Positions 1 to 9,888 of a DNA stretch of 32,000 nucleotides are shown in pieces. The DNA lies in NCBI RefSeq assembly GCF_009193265.1, contig NZ_VZZZ01000002.1, positions 89,824 to 121,823 of the forward strand. The letters run 5' to 3'. How positions within the stretch are numbered: position 1 is the stretch's first letter; the number at the start of each line of letters is the position of its first letter. The notes beneath the pieces were generated by a model that saw only the letters and a program-made list of their open reading frames with translations, made no database searches and was not told where the DNA came from. The DNA comes from Marinobacter changyiensis (GTDB taxonomy: Bacteria; Pseudomonadota; Gammaproteobacteria; Pseudomonadales; Oleiphilaceae). The translations under genes and the position numbers were made by a program.

Positions 1-243
1 GGTGAAGCACTCTACGTACAGTTAGGCTCGTTCAGTCAGCGCAGTCCTGCGGATGGTTTGCGGGACAAGGTGCGTCAACAGACCGAGCGATCGGTTCGAG
101 TGCGTAAAGTGGAAACCGCCTCCGGTTTGTTTCACCGTGTTCAGGTCGGCCCGTTCGGAAGCGCGGACGAAGCCCGGCGAGCGCAACAAGCACTGGCGAG
201 TCGTGGGTTCGATCAGGCGATTGTCCTGACAGATTCTCGTTAA
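1..243 (+). CDS. rlpA: 3' end of a SPOR-domain lipoprotein gene (RlpA-like); 5' end lies outside the window
   Basis: Frame 1 is open from base 1 to TAA at 241-243. The translation (LYVQLGSFSQRSPADGLRDKV...FHRVQVGPFGSADEARRAQQAL) reads as a SPOR peptidoglycan-binding repeat. Its position upstream of dacA-ybeD-lipB matches the conserved rlpA-dacA-ybeD-lipB order known from E. coli. Confidence 0.6.
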   Translation, partial: GEALYVQLGSFSQRSPADGLRDKVRQQTERSVRVRKVETASGLFHRVQVGPFGSADEARRAQQALASRGFDQAIVLTDSR

Positions 244-298
244 TACCCGGTATCGGGCCGCTCATCCGGTATGATGGGCCGATACTGAAATACATCTA

Positions 299-1474
299 AT
301 GATACTGAAAGCACTCATGGCAACTTCTATGTTCAGACACATCATCGCAATTCTACTTCTTTCCTTCATGGCCAGCAGCGTGCTCGGTCAATCGGTCCTG
401 ATTCCTTCGCCTCCGTCTATCGGTGCGGGCTCTTTTGTTCTGATGGATCCGTCGAGCGGCAAAATTCTGATTGAAGGCAACAGCCACGAGCGGCTGCCAC
501 CTGCAAGCCTGACCAAGATGATGACCGCGTACATCGTCGAGAGAGAGCTGGATGAAGGGCGTATTGCCATGTCGGACATGGTTCCGATCAGCGTCAATGC
601 CTGGCGCACCGGTGGGTCACGCACCTTTGTCAAAGAGGGCACCCAGGTATCGGTGGAAGACCTGCTCAAGGGCGTGATCATCCAGTCGGGAAATGACGCC
701 AGTGTTGCGCTGGCGGAGTTCGTTGCGGGCAGCGAGAGTGCGTTTGCCGACGTGATGAACCAGCAGGCCCAACTGCTGGGCATGCAGGACACCCATTACG
801 TCAATGCCACCGGGCTGCCCTCTCCCGAGCAGTACTCTTCAGCGTATGATCTGGCGCTGCTGGCGAAAGCCATCATCAACGATTACCCGGATAATTATCC
901 GCTTTATGCGGAAAAGAACTTCACTTTCAATAATATTCGCCAGCCGAACCGAAACGCGCTGTTGTGGCGTGATCCGACGGTAGATGGACTCAAAACGGGC
1001 CATACCGAAGAGGCAGGCTATTGCCTGGTGGCCTCTGCCAAGCGCGAAGAGACTCGCTTTATAGCAGTAGTGATGAAGACAGACAGTCCTACTGCCCGCG
1101 CCCAGGAAGTTCAGAAAATGCTGAATTACGGGTTTCGTTACTACACCAACGAACGCCTTTTCAGTGCAGGTCAGAAATTGCTCGACAGCCAGATTTGGGG
1201 TGGCCAGTCAGATCAGATTAAACTAGGTGTTAAAAATAATATTTTTGTTACGATTCCAAGGGGCTCGAAAGCATCACTGGAATCCGTTGTGGATGTGGAC
1301 AGTGTCATCAAGGCGCCAATCGAGACGGGCCAGGAGCTGGGTCGGGTGACGGTTTCGCTGGATGGCAAAGTTCTCATCGATGAGCCAATTCTTGCCCTTG
1401 AAGGTGTACAGGAAGGCGGCTTTTTCAAGCGCATCTGGGATGCGATCAAGCTTTTCTTCATCCAGTTGTTCTGA
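299..1474 (+). CDS. dacA: D-alanyl-D-alanine carboxypeptidase, low-molecular-weight PBP5/6 class
   Basis: 391-aa ORF with a signal-like N-terminus (FRHIIAILLLSFMASSVLG). It has the three penicillin-binding motifs SxxK (ASLTK), SxN (QSGND) and KTG (LKTGHT), plus an amphipathic C-terminal tail. Synteny with rlpA/ybeD/lipB supports the call. The start could be an internal Met (317 or 329) rather than 299. Confidence 0.9.
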   Translation: MILKALMATSMFRHIIAILLLSFMASSVLGQSVLIPSPPSIGAGSFVLMDPSSGKILIEGNSHERLPPASLTKMMTAYIVERELDEGRIAMSDMVPISVNAWRTGGSRTFVKEGTQVSVEDLLKGVIIQSGNDASVALAEFVAGSESAFADVMNQQAQLLGMQDTHYVNATGLPSPEQYSSAYDLALLAKAIINDYPDNYPLYAEKNFTFNNIRQPNRNALLWRDPTVDGLKTGHTEEAGYCLVASAKREETRFIAVVMKTDSPTARAQEVQKMLNYGFRYYTNERLFSAGQKLLDSQIWGGQSDQIKLGVKNNIFVTIPRGSKASLESVVDVDSVIKAPIETGQELGRVTVSLDGKVLIDEPILALEGVQEGGFFKRIWDAIKLFFIQLF

Positions 1475-1497
1475 TAGCAGAGCAGGAGTCAGCGGTT

Positions 1498-1767
1498 GTG
1501 AGTGAACCAACACCACCAAAAATCGAGTTTCCCTGTGATTACGTGATCAAGGTAATCGGGGACGCTGCACCGGACTTTACGGAGTTTGTCGTGGCTGTGG
1601 TGGAGTGCCATGCTCCGGGTGTCGCAGATGGGGACATCACGGTCAATGACAGTAGCAAGGGTCGTTTTTGCTCCGTAAGTCTGAAAATTGTCGCCACTGG
1701 CGAACCCCAGCTTAAAGCTCTGTTTGAAGAGCTCAAAGCCAGTGGGCGTGTTCATATGGTGCTGTGA
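1498..1767 (+). CDS. ybeD: YbeD/DUF493 family small protein
   Basis: 89-aa ORF with a GTG start. [12 protein letters not shown]...HAPG...[11 protein letters not shown]...LFEEL...VHMVL aligns by eye along the full length of E. coli YbeD. It lies between dacA and lipB, as in E. coli. Confidence 0.85.
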   Translation: MSEPTPPKIEFPCDYVIKVIGDAAPDFTEFVVAVVECHAPGVADGDITVNDSSKGRFCSVSLKIVATGEPQLKALFEELKASGRVHMVL

Positions 1768-2408
1768 CCACGATGCCCAAGCTGGTTATCCGATCGCTGG
1801 GTATTCAGCCTTACCTCGAAACCTGGCAGGCCATGAAAGACCTGACTGCAACCCGGGGCCCGGAAACGCCAGACGAAATCTGGTGCCTGGAGCACCCGCC
1901 GGTTTACACCCAGGGCCAGGCTGGCAAACCCGAACATATTCTTGCCCCGGACGACATTCCAGTTGTGCAGGTAGATCGCGGTGGGCAGGTAACCTATCAC
2001 GGCCCGGGCCAACTGGTGGTTTACCTGATGATCGACCTCAGCCGCTCGAAAATCGGCATCAGGGCGCTGGTGGATCTGATCGAGCAATCACTGGTGAGCG
2101 TTCTGGCTAGCCGGGGTATTGAAGCCGCCCCGCGTCTGGAGGCCCCTGGCGTTTACGTCGGTGACTCAAAAATAGCCTCGCTCGGGTTGCGAGTTCGCCG
2201 GGGCTGTTCCTTTCACGGGCTGGCCTTGAATGTCGCCATGGATATGGAGCCCTTTGCCCGCATCAACCCTTGCGGCTATGCCGGTATGGTCATGAGCCAG
2301 GTTCAGGATTACGCCCCTGGTGCAACGGTGGCCGATTTGGCAACCGTGCTGACCGATGAGCTGGCATCACGCCTCGGCTACGCTGCCACCGACCGCATTG
2401 CGTCCTGA
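1764..2408 (+). CDS. lipB: Octanoyltransferase (lipoyl(octanoyl) transferase) LipB
   Basis: Strong collinear similarity to E. coli LipB ([77 protein letters not shown]). GTG 1764 overlaps the ybeD stop codon. ATG at 1773 ([10 protein letters not shown]) is an equally plausible start. Confidence 0.92.
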   Translation: MTTMPKLVIRSLGIQPYLETWQAMKDLTATRGPETPDEIWCLEHPPVYTQGQAGKPEHILAPDDIPVVQVDRGGQVTYHGPGQLVVYLMIDLSRSKIGIRALVDLIEQSLVSVLASRGIEAAPRLEAPGVYVGDSKIASLGLRVRRGCSFHGLALNVAMDMEPFARINPCGYAGMVMSQVQDYAPGATVADLATVLTDELASRLGYAATDRIAS

Positions 2409-2409
2409 G

Positions 2410-2469
2410 GTAGTTGCGGTTCACCTTATGTGGTTGCAGTACACCTTGCGTGGTTGCGGTGCAACAGTG
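2410..2469. repeat. Three imperfect tandem 20-bp direct repeats (core GTRGTTGCRGT) in the lipB/ABC1-kinase intergenic region
   Basis: Units are gtagttgcggttcaccttat (2410-2429), gtggttgcagtacaccttgc (2430-2449) and gtggttgcggtgcaacagtg (2450-2469). Hand alignment gives 15/20 and 13/20 identity between neighbouring units. The conserved 11-nt core recurs at exactly 20-bp phasing. A perfect TATAAT hexamer follows at 2493-2498. Confidence 0.6.
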
Positions 2470-2536
2470 ACACATGCAACGCTGTGGCTTCGTATAATAA
2501 CGAAAGAGACGAAATTCCCGAACCGGAAAGGTATTG

Positions 2537-3943
2537 ATGGCTTCCAAACGTCCAGGAAATTCCGTAGCCCGTATTAAGACCGGCAGCTTCGAGCGCAGAC
2601 TGACCCTGACCCGCGCAGGGCTGTTTGCCGGCACCCGTATGGCATCCCATATGGCGACCAACTGGTTTGGCAGCAAGGACCACCGCGACAAGCGTCACCG
2701 GAAGATGCTATCGAGCCAGGCCGAATTCCTGGTAGACGAGTTGGGTAAACTCAAAGGCAGTGTGGTCAAGATCGGTCAGGTCATGGCGCTCTATGGCGAA
2801 CATTTTCTACCGGAAGAAGTGACCGAGGCGCTGCATACCCTGGAAGATCAGACCACGTCACTGGAATGGTCTGCCATTGAACGAGTGCTGAAAGAGGAGC
2901 TGGGAGAGCAGCGCTTCGGTGAGCTGGAGGTTGATCCCGAACCCATCGGCGCTGCATCTCTGGGTCAGGTCCACCGCGCCCGGCGACGCAGTGATGATCT
3001 CGAGTTGGTGCTCAAAGTGCAGTACCCGGGCGTCGCCGATGCGGTGGACAGCGACCTGGACTCAGTCACTCAACTGTTGCGAATCGCCAGGCTGGTGTCC
3101 TTTGGTCCGGAATTCAACGACTGGCTTGAAGAGGTGAGGCAGATGATGCACCGGGAGGTGGATTATCATCTCGAGGCCAAAACCACTGAAAAATTCCGCC
3201 AGATGCTGGATGGGGATACCCGTTTTGTGGTGCCAAGGGTGCTGCCAGAATACTCGACGGACCATATCATCGCCTCCACCTATGAACCCGGTCATTCCGT
3301 GAGTTCGGTGGCGGTAAAGGAGCTGTCACTCGATCGTCGCAGCGAACTGGGGCGGGCAGCGCTGGAGCTGTTCTTCAAGGAGTTGTTCCAGTGGGGAGAG
3401 ATGCAGACTGACCCCAACTTTGGTAATTATCGCATTCGTATTGCCGGTGAGCCCGGCAATACGAATGCAAGCGATCAGATCGTTCTGCTCGATTTCGGCG
3501 CGGTACAGAGCTACCCCGAGAGCTTTCTTGAGCCGGTGATCCGGATGATCCAGGCCTCCTATGAAGGTGATCTGGACGCCGTCATAGCAGGCGGAGTAGA
3601 GCTGCGTTTCATGAGCGCTGAATGGCCGGAGGATGTACTCAAAAGGTTTGGCGAGGTCTGTATGTCCGTGCTTGAACCGCTTGCAGAAGACGTCGATCAT
3701 TGGCCTCCGAACGCTGTCAATGAACACGGCCAGTATCGCTGGAAGCAGAGTGACTTGCCATCCCGGGTTGCCCGGCAGGCCGCACGCTCCGCAATCAGCC
3801 GCTACTTCCGGGTGCCGCCCAAGGAATTTGTGTTCCTGAATCGCAAACTGATCGGGGTTTACACATTTATTGCGGTGTTGAATGCCGAGTTTAATGGTGA
3901 GGACCTGCTTCGGCGCTACCTGTACGGTGAACCTGACGCCTGA
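2537..3943 (+). CDS. ABC1/ADCK/UbiB-family atypical kinase-like protein, soluble type
   Basis: Family motifs are present: LGKLKGSVVKIGQ, IGAASLGQVHRA, LVLKVQYPGV and a DFG-like LLDFGAV. GGAAAGG lies 5 nt upstream of ATG 2537; the ORF track starts one codon earlier at TTG 2534. I see no C-terminal TM helices of the kind found in true UbiB, so it is not called ubiB. Confidence 0.8.
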   Translation: MASKRPGNSVARIKTGSFERRLTLTRAGLFAGTRMASHMATNWFGSKDHRDKRHRKMLSSQAEFLVDELGKLKGSVVKIGQVMALYGEHFLPEEVTEALHTLEDQTTSLEWSAIERVLKEELGEQRFGELEVDPEPIGAASLGQVHRARRRSDDLELVLKVQYPGVADAVDSDLDSVTQLLRIARLVSFGPEFNDWLEEVRQMMHREVDYHLEAKTTEKFRQMLDGDTRFVVPRVLPEYSTDHIIASTYEPGHSVSSVAVKELSLDRRSELGRAALELFFKELFQWGEMQTDPNFGNYRIRIAGEPGNTNASDQIVLLDFGAVQSYPESFLEPVIRMIQASYEGDLDAVIAGGVELRFMSAEWPEDVLKRFGEVCMSVLEPLAEDVDHWPPNAVNEHGQYRWKQSDLPSRVARQAARSAISRYFRVPPKEFVFLNRKLIGVYTFIAVLNAEFNGEDLLRRYLYGEPDA

Positions 3944-3962
3944 ACCGCCAGAGGTCAAGGCG

Positions 3963-4397
3963 TCAGTTCATTGAGGCTGATGCCTCGAGTACCAGCCAGA
4001 GTACCACGGCGTAACGGGCGCCTTTGCCGATGGCCACCAACACCACAAAGTTGAGCCAGGGCACCTTCATGATCCCGCCGATCAGCGTTAACGCATCGCC
4101 GCCGATCGGCAACCAGCCCATCAGCAGAGACCACTGCCCATAGCGATTGAAACGAGCCTGAGCGCTCTCCAGTTGCTTGTCTGTGATCGGAAACCAGCGC
4201 TTTTCCTTAAAGCGCTCCACCTGCCTGCCGATAACCCCATTAATAACCGAGCCGAGCGTATTGCCCAGGGTCGCCCAGAACCAGAGCCATGCGATGGTAT
4301 AGCCCTGGGCAGCCAGCCCTCCGAGTAGTACTTCCGAGTACGCCGGTAATATCGTCGCCGCCGCAAAGGCTGTCAGGAAAAGGCTCAAATACTCCAA
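3963..4397 (-). CDS. yqaA: YqaA/DedA-family small inner-membrane protein
   Basis: 144-aa hydrophobic ORF collinear with E. coli YqaA (LSLF..F..AT.LP..SEV.L......; LGN.LG...N...GR; RYG...LL..W.P..GD.L....G......F......GK..RY). The start is TTG at 4397, since there is no in-frame ATG near the N-terminus. Confidence 0.75.
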   Translation of the reverse strand: MEYLSLFLTAFAAATILPAYSEVLLGGLAAQGYTIAWLWFWATLGNTLGSVINGVIGRQVERFKEKRWFPITDKQLESAQARFNRYGQWSLLMGWLPIGGDALTLIGGIMKVPWLNFVVLVAIGKGARYAVVLWLVLEASASMN

Positions 4398-4448
4398 ATG
4401 CAGCTCCGGAAGGTTGTATTCTTTTCAAATCAACAGGTCGCCCCGCTG

Positions 4449-6575
4449 ATGAAAACATTGTCTCTGAAAATAAAACTGTACGCCTTGGTCATTTCCTTAC
4501 TGCTGCTGATGGGGCTCAGCATGATCATCACTGCCCAGTTGTCGCTCGCAGATCTGGAAAATCGAATGACAACGGATACCCGGGAAATGGTACAGACTAT
4601 TGTGCTTGAGCGCCTGAAAGCAACGGCGGGACAGTACGGTGAGCTGGTGAGCGGTGTTTTTAATGCAGCCTACAAGGTGCCGGAAATTGTGCGTGGCGTC
4701 ATTCTCAGGAACATTGAGTCGGGCAGCTCCGGGCGTATCAGTCGCCGGGACTTGCAGCAAACCATCGGCGCTGTGCTGGAAGAGCAGGGGGAGCTGAGTT
4801 CAATCTATGCCCAGTTTGAGGCTGACGCCTATGATGGCCAGGATCGCTATTTTACTGGCGGTGTGGAAGACCACAGCAGCGATCAGGGTACGCTGGAAAT
4901 CTATTACTACCGCTCCCCTGAAGGCGAGGCGTTGTTCAATCGCACGGCAGACCCGGCGGTCAAGTACCTCGATAACCGGAATGAGTTCGGCATCCGCGAG
5001 GCAGAGTGGTATCTGTGCTCAATGGATACCCGGTTGCCCTGTATTATGGAACCTTACGAGTACGAGATTGAAGAAGGCTACAGTGAATTGATGACCAGCC
5101 TGGTGATGCCGATTCTGGCTGAACAGAACTTCGCCGGCGTTGTGGGGGTCGACATCAACCTGTCGACATTCCAGTCCATCCTGTCGGACGTCAGTGGCGC
5201 GCTTTTCAATGGCCAGTCGCGCATTACGCTTCTCAGTGAAAAAGGTTTGATCGCCGGCGCCAGTCACTATCAGGACTATCTGGGGCGACCTCTGGCAGAA
5301 GCCATTCCTGACAACGCCGGGGTATTTACCAAGCTTCATCGCGAGCAGGGAACCTATGACACAGGTGAAACCCTGGCGGTTTCCTTCCCGATCGACATCA
5401 ATCAGCCAGGCGCCCAATGGTCACTGCTGATTGAGCTGCCGAGGTCGGCAGCACTGGCCGAGCTGATCGACCTTACCCAACTGCTGTCTGATCAGGTGTC
5501 GGCAACAGCGGCACGGCAGTTGGTGGTCGGCATTGCAGTGCTGGTCATTGCATTGCTCGGGTTGGTGGTGCTCGTACGTTCCGTAACCCGCCCGCTGGAT
5601 GAGATACGTGACCGGATGCAGAATCTTGCCAGTGCCGAGGGCGACCTTACCAACGAGCTCAATATCGATACCCATGCCGAGCTGATCGCGCTGGCCGGTG
5701 GTTTCAATCAATTTCTGGCCCGCCTGCGGGCTATGGTCAACGACCTTAAGGCCGTCAACGGAAAGGTCAGGGGGCAGGCCAGGGGCGTTCGCGCCATTGC
5801 CGAAGAAACCGAGCAGAATACCGAACGTCAGAGACAGGAAATTGACAGCGTAGCGACCGCCATGAACGAGATGTCCGCGGCGGCCAGTGAAGTGGCGACA
5901 TTTGCCGGCGATGCGGCGGGTAACGCCCGGGAAGCCAGTGGTGGTGTTCAGTCTACCCAGGCGATGCTGGCGACGGCCGTTGAGGGTGTGAGTGCATTGG
6001 CCAACGATATGGAACAGGCCAGCAAAGCGATTGGCCAGGTGGCGACCCGCAGTGAAGACATCAGTCGGATTCTGGAGGTTATCCGCGGCATCGCCGAACA
6101 GACCAATCTGTTGGCGTTGAACGCTGCCATTGAGGCGGCAAGAGCGGGTGAGCAGGGCCGTGGTTTTGCGGTGGTAGCTGATGAGGTCCGATCACTGGCG
6201 TCGAAAACACGGGAATCGACCGATGAGATCAGTCAGATGATTAGCGGCCTGCAGCAGGAGGTTGGTCAAACCGTGGGGGTGATCAACACCGGCGTAGACC
6301 GTGCGTCCCGGGCCGTAGAGGGCACGAAGGAGGCGGACGACTCATTGGCGGCGGTAGTTGAGCGTATTGCCACTATTGTTGAGCATGTAACGCAGGTAGC
6401 AACGGCTGCCGAAGAACAAAGCTCCGTCAGCGAAGAAATCAATCGAAACCTGACCCGTATCGGGGATGCCGCCAGCGATCTTCGAGCATTGGCGGAACGT
6501 GTCCGTGATAGCGGTCAGGCCCTGGACGGGCAGGTTGAAGCGCTGGATGGCGAACTCGGCCGCCTGAAAACCTGA
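4449..6575 (+). CDS. Methyl-accepting chemotaxis protein with a periplasmic Cache-like sensor
   Basis: TM1 ([22 protein letters not shown]) is followed by a ~330-aa periplasmic region, TM2 ([18 protein letters not shown]) and a HAMP-like segment. The invariant MCP signalling hairpin is present ([37 protein letters not shown]). ATG 4449 (MKTLSLKI) is preferred over the ORF-track start at 4398, which abuts the yqaA start codon. Confidence 0.9.
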   Translation: MKTLSLKIKLYALVISLLLLMGLSMIITAQLSLADLENRMTTDTREMVQTIVLERLKATAGQYGELVSGVFNAAYKVPEIVRGVILRNIESGSSGRISRRDLQQTIGAVLEEQGELSSIYAQFEADAYDGQDRYFTGGVEDHSSDQGTLEIYYYRSPEGEALFNRTADPAVKYLDNRNEFGIREAEWYLCSMDTRLPCIMEPYEYEIEEGYSELMTSLVMPILAEQNFAGVVGVDINLSTFQSILSDVSGALFNGQSRITLLSEKGLIAGASHYQDYLGRPLAEAIPDNAGVFTKLHREQGTYDTGETLAVSFPIDINQPGAQWSLLIELPRSAALAELIDLTQLLSDQVSATAARQLVVGIAVLVIALLGLVVLVRSVTRPLDEIRDRMQNLASAEGDLTNELNIDTHAELIALAGGFNQFLARLRAMVNDLKAVNGKVRGQARGVRAIAEETEQNTERQRQEIDSVATAMNEMSAAASEVATFAGDAAGNAREASGGVQSTQAMLATAVEGVSALANDMEQASKAIGQVATRSEDISRILEVIRGIAEQTNLLALNAAIEAARAGEQGRGFAVVADEVRSLASKTRESTDEISQMISGLQQEVGQTVGVINTGVDRASRAVEGTKEADDSLAAVVERIATIVEHVTQVATAAEEQSSVSEEINRNLTRIGDAASDLRALAERVRDSGQALDGQVEALDGELGRLKT

Positions 6576-6748
6576 ACAGGCCCATGTAAATTGCCAGCAG
6601 TTCTGATCACTTTTGCCTATAGGAATCATTTGCACAGTGGTGTTTGATTTCTGTAGCAGCTCTGTCACCATTATTGCGCTTTTGGTAGTAATGACGAGAA
6701 TATCGGATCGCCGTTGCTCACATCGATTGAATCCCGAGGAGTTTTAGT

Positions 6749-7003
6749 ATGGATAATGTAACGATTTTCGGTCGCTCAAGCTGTGGCTTCTGCGTCCGTG
6801 CCAAGGAGCTGTGTGAGATCAAAGGCATTTCTTTCCGTTATGTCGATATTATCGCAGAGAACATCAGTAAAGCGGATCTGGAAAAAACCATTGGCAAGCC
6901 GGTGGAAACCGTTCCCCAGATCTTCGTAGGAAAGGAACACATTGGCGGGTTCGATCAGTTCTCGAGATACGTCGAGCAGCGTGACGCCACTACGGTGCAG
7001 TAA
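6749..7003 (+). CDS. grxA: Glutaredoxin 1-like protein with a CGFC active site
   Basis: 84-aa ORF collinear with E. coli GrxA (V.IFGRS.C..CVRAK.L; GKPVETVPQIF....HIGG). The active site reads C-G-F-C instead of C-P-Y-C. GAGGA lies 8 nt upstream of the ATG. Confidence 0.85.
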   Translation: MDNVTIFGRSSCGFCVRAKELCEIKGISFRYVDIIAENISKADLEKTIGKPVETVPQIFVGKEHIGGFDQFSRYVEQRDATTVQ

Positions 7004-7019
7004 CCGTTGTTGAAGGATC

Positions 7020-7057
7020 AAAAAAGGCGCCTATTCTCTGGAATGGCGCCTTGTTTG
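7020..7057. terminator. Bidirectional rho-independent terminator between convergent grxA and pfk
   Basis: aaaaaaGGCGCC-tATTCtctgGAAT-GGCGCCttgtttg. The outer stem AAGGCGCC/GGCGCCTT is 8 bp and the inner stem ATTC/GAAT is 4 bp around a tetraloop. An A-run on one side and a T-rich run on the other allow it to work for both strands. Confidence 0.65.
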
Positions 7058-7087
7058 TGGACCGGTTAGTGCTTTGTTCAGCCGGTC

Positions 7088-8350
7088 TCAGACTTCAAAG
7101 TCTGTTTTCAGTTTTTTCTCCGCCAGGATGCCTTTTATGTGTGCTACCCGGGGCAGACCGTTGTCAAATGGCGGAAAACTCTCGCCGGCAATCAGTGGCT
7201 CGAGATAATCCCGGCAGTCCTGGGTGATGGCAAAACCGTCATCGCTGATGAAGTGGATAGGCATCTTCTTCTCCTGGTTCGCCACCTCACTCAGGGGAGC
7301 TTCACCAATTCGCCAGCGGTAGGGCCGGGCCTGTTCACGCACGATGATGGGCATGACCGCCTGCTTGCCGGCCAGGGCCATTTCGACCGCAGCTTTGCCT
7401 ACAGCATAGGCCTGCTCGACATCCGTCGCAGAGGCAATGTGCCGTGCGGAACGCTGCAGGTAGTCTGCAACCGCCCAATGGTACTTGTAACCCAGGGCCT
7501 GCTTGACCATGTTCGCCAGCGCCGGTGCAACACCGCCAAGTTGGGTATGGCCGAAGGCATCCTTGTTGCCGGCATCGGCCAGGAACCGGCCATCTTCGTA
7601 CTGGGCGCCTTCCGAGGCCACGACCACGCAATAGCCATACTCTGTGACGCAGTGTTCAACGCGCTTGAGGAATGCATCCCGGTCAAACGGAACTTCCGGG
7701 AACAGGATGATATGCGGAGGCTCACCTTCGCCCTGTCCGGCCAGGCCGCCAGATGCCGCAATCCAGCCAGCATGACGACCCATGACCTCCATTATGAAAA
7801 CCTTGGTGGATGACTCGCACATCGAGCGGATGTCCAGGCTGGCTTCGAGAATAGACGTGGCCACGTATTTGGCGACCGAGCCGAATCCGGGGCAGCAGTC
7901 AGTGAAGGGCAGGTCGTTATCGACGGTTTTCGGCACCCCGATACAGGTAATCGGGTAGCCCATACGATCAGCGAGTTGGGATACCTTGTAGGCGGTATCC
8001 TGGGAGTCGCCGCCGCCGTTGTAAAAGAAATAGCCGATATTGTGGGCCTGGAACACTTCAATAAGGCGCTCGTATTCGCGGCGGTTCTCAGTGAAGTTCT
8101 TGAGTTTGTAACGGCAGGAGCCGAACGCGCCACCGGGCGTGTGAATCAACGCGTCGATGGTCTCGTTGGTTTCTTCACTGGTGTCGATCAGTTCTTCCCG
8201 GAGCGCGCCAATAATGCCGTTGCGACCCGCGTACACAGTGCCAATTTTATCCGGATGCTTGCGTGCAGTCTGGATAACGCCTGCGGCGCTTGCGTTAATG
8301 ACGGCGGTTACGCCACCGGATTGGGCATAAAACGCGTTCTTGATGGCCAT
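7088..8350 (-). CDS. pfk: 6-phosphofructokinase, PFK-A superfamily, long (~420 aa) clade; phosphoryl donor (ATP or PPi) not resolved
   Basis: PFK motifs are present: SGGVTAVINAS, FFYNGGGDSQDT, GVPKTVDNDL and VMGRHAGWIAA. ATG at 8350 (MAIKNAFYAQSGG) is preceded by AGGAGG. The 50-codon upstream extension in the ORF track (to 8500) has no PFK similarity and runs into the mpl start region. Confidence 0.85.
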   Translation of the reverse strand: MAIKNAFYAQSGGVTAVINASAAGVIQTARKHPDKIGTVYAGRNGIIGALREELIDTSEETNETIDALIHTPGGAFGSCRYKLKNFTENRREYERLIEVFQAHNIGYFFYNGGGDSQDTAYKVSQLADRMGYPITCIGVPKTVDNDLPFTDCCPGFGSVAKYVATSILEASLDIRSMCESSTKVFIMEVMGRHAGWIAASGGLAGQGEGEPPHIILFPEVPFDRDAFLKRVEHCVTEYGYCVVVASEGAQYEDGRFLADAGNKDAFGHTQLGGVAPALANMVKQALGYKYHWAVADYLQRSARHIASATDVEQAYAVGKAAVEMALAGKQAVMPIIVREQARPYRWRIGEAPLSEVANQEKKMPIHFISDDGFAITQDCRDYLEPLIAGESFPPFDNGLPRVAHIKGILAEKKLKTDFEV

Positions 8351-8502
8351 CTTGGGATGGTGCCTCCTGCTGGTTGAACTGGTGCTGGGCATAATACGCC
8401 AATTCCCGGCGTTTTTCATGGCCTCCGGGCAACCAAAATACCCTTGACGCCATGGTCTGTATAGCCGACGCTTGGCACCAATTAACAGGGGACAGAGCAA
8501 GA

Positions 8503-9888
8503 ATGCGCATTCACATACTGGGAATCTGTGGCACCTTCATGGGCAGTCTGGCTGTCCTTGCGCGCCAGCTCGGCCATGAAGTGACCGGCTCAGACCAGGG
8601 CGTCTATCCACCCATGAGCACCCAGCTGGAATCTCAGGGTATCGAGCTGATGCAGGGGTATGATCCGGCCCATCTCGAACCGGTTCCCGATCTGGTGTTG
8701 ATCGGCAACGCCATGTCCCGGGGCAATCCCGAAGTCGAGGCGGTGCTCAACCGGAATATCGATTACATGTCCGGCCCGGAATGGCTCGCCCGGGAAGTCC
8801 TGCGCAAACGGTGGGTGCTGGCGGTTGCGGGTACCCACGGTAAAACGACCACCACGTCCATGCTGCTCTGGATTCTGGATCAGGCCGGGTTCGACCCCGG
8901 TTACCTGGTGGGTGGGGTGCCTTGTGACTTCCCGGTCTCCGCCCGGTTGGGATCCAGTGATTTTTTTGTTATCGAGGCGGACGAATACGACAGTGCTTTT
9001 TTCGACAAACGGTCAAAGTTTGTGCATTACCGCCCCCACACGGTCATTCTCAACAACCTCGAATTCGATCATGCCGACATCTTCGACAACGTCGAGGCCA
9101 TCGAGCGCCAGTTTCACCATCTCGTCAGAACCGTTCCGTCCAATGGTCTGATTGTGCGTCCGGCGCGGGATGTGCATCTGGACCGGGCCCTTGAGCTCGG
9201 TTGCTGGAGCCAGGTGCAATCCACATCGATTGGCGGTGAGGTAGAGGCCGCCGATTGGCGCGCCGAGCTGCTCGCAGATGATGGCAGCCAGTTTGTGGTT
9301 GTTCATCATGAGCAACCGGTGGCGACCCTGAAATGGACGCAAACCGGGCTTCATAATGTGCGCAATGCACTCGCGGCGATTGCGGCGGCACGTCACGTGG
9401 GCGTGACGCCTGACCACGCGGTGGCGGCGCTGTGTCATTTTTCCGGGGTCAAGCGCCGCATGGAGCTGGTGGCGGATATTGGTGGCGTGAAGGTATACGA
9501 CGATTTCGCCCACCATCCCACCGCGATCGCAACCACACTCGACGGCTTGCGGAACAAGGTCGGCGGTGAAACCATCATTGCGTTGATCGAGCCCCGGTCC
9601 AACACCATGCAGCAAGGGGTGCACCAGGACACGTTGCTGCCCAGTACCGATCAGGCAGATCGCGTGATCTGGGCTAACCTGAACAGGATGCCGTGGCTAC
9701 CCGCCCTGATCGGCCGCCAGACCGGACTGGATAAAGAGCGCCATATTCTTGAATCCAGCGTAGAACGTCTGGTGGCCAGAGTGGTCGACGAGCTGACACA
9801 GCCGTGCCATGTGGTCATCATGAGCAACGGCGGGTTCGGCGGTATTCACCAAAAACTGATTTCAGAACTGGAGCGCACCCTTGGCTGA
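8503..9888 (+). CDS. mpl: UDP-N-acetylmuramate:L-alanyl-gamma-D-glutamyl-meso-diaminopimelate ligase (murein peptide ligase)
   Basis: [17 protein letters not shown] is an Mpl-type N-terminus. The Mur-ligase P-loop ([14 protein letters not shown]), [12 protein letters not shown] and the C-terminal Mur ligase domain are present. ATG 8503 is chosen over the upstream in-frame ATG at 8452. Confidence 0.9.
   Translation: MRIHILGICGTFMGSLAVLARQLGHEVTGSDQGVYPPMSTQLESQGIELMQGYDPAHLEPVPDLVLIGNAMSRGNPEVEAVLNRNIDYMSGPEWLAREVLRKRWVLAVAGTHGKTTTTSMLLWILDQAGFDPGYLVGGVPCDFPVSARLGSSDFFVIEADEYDSAFFDKRSKFVHYRPHTVILNNLEFDHADIFDNVEAIERQFHHLVRTVPSNGLIVRPARDVHLDRALELGCWSQVQSTSIGGEVEAADWRAELLADDGSQFVVVHHEQPVATLKWTQTGLHNVRNALAAIAAARHVGVTPDHAVAALCHFSGVKRRMELVADIGGVKVYDDFAHHPTAIATTLDGLRNKVGGETIIALIEPRSNTMQQGVHQDTLLPSTDQADRVIWANLNRMPWLPALIGRQTGLDKERHILESSVERLVARVVDELTQPCHVVIMSNGGFGGIHQKLISELERTLG

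Noticed and set aside
32-295. 87-aa minus-strand ORF overlapping the rlpA 3' end
   Set aside because: The plus-strand frame gives a clear SPOR domain in conserved synteny. The minus-strand translation is Pro/Arg/Gly-rich without motifs.
281-310. Duplicated 10-mer gatactgaaa (281-290 and 301-310) around the dacA start
   Set aside because: This is a single short duplication that overlaps the start codon region. It is too short to distinguish from chance, and no function can be argued.
2410-2469. Could the tandem 20-bp units be a mini-CRISPR array?
   Set aside because: The units are directly abutting with no spacers and are imperfect. There are only three, and no cas genes or leader are present. 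The layout is consistent with an operator or iteron-like site instead.
1764-2533. lipB is not followed by lipA, and an ABC1 kinase gene follows instead
   Set aside because: lipA is unlinked from lipB in many bacteria, including E. coli, where other genes intervene. This is not evidence of anything unusual without genome-wide context.
8351-8500. N-terminal ORF extensions in the six-frame track: pfk to 8500, mpl from 8452, MCP from 4398, acyl-CoA dehydrogenase from 10601, ABC1 from 2534, TcBC from 12121 and TcA from 19435
   Set aside because: Homology to the respective families begins at the internal Met in each case. Those Met codons have better-placed Shine-Dalgarno sequences, and several extensions would overlap divergent neighbours.
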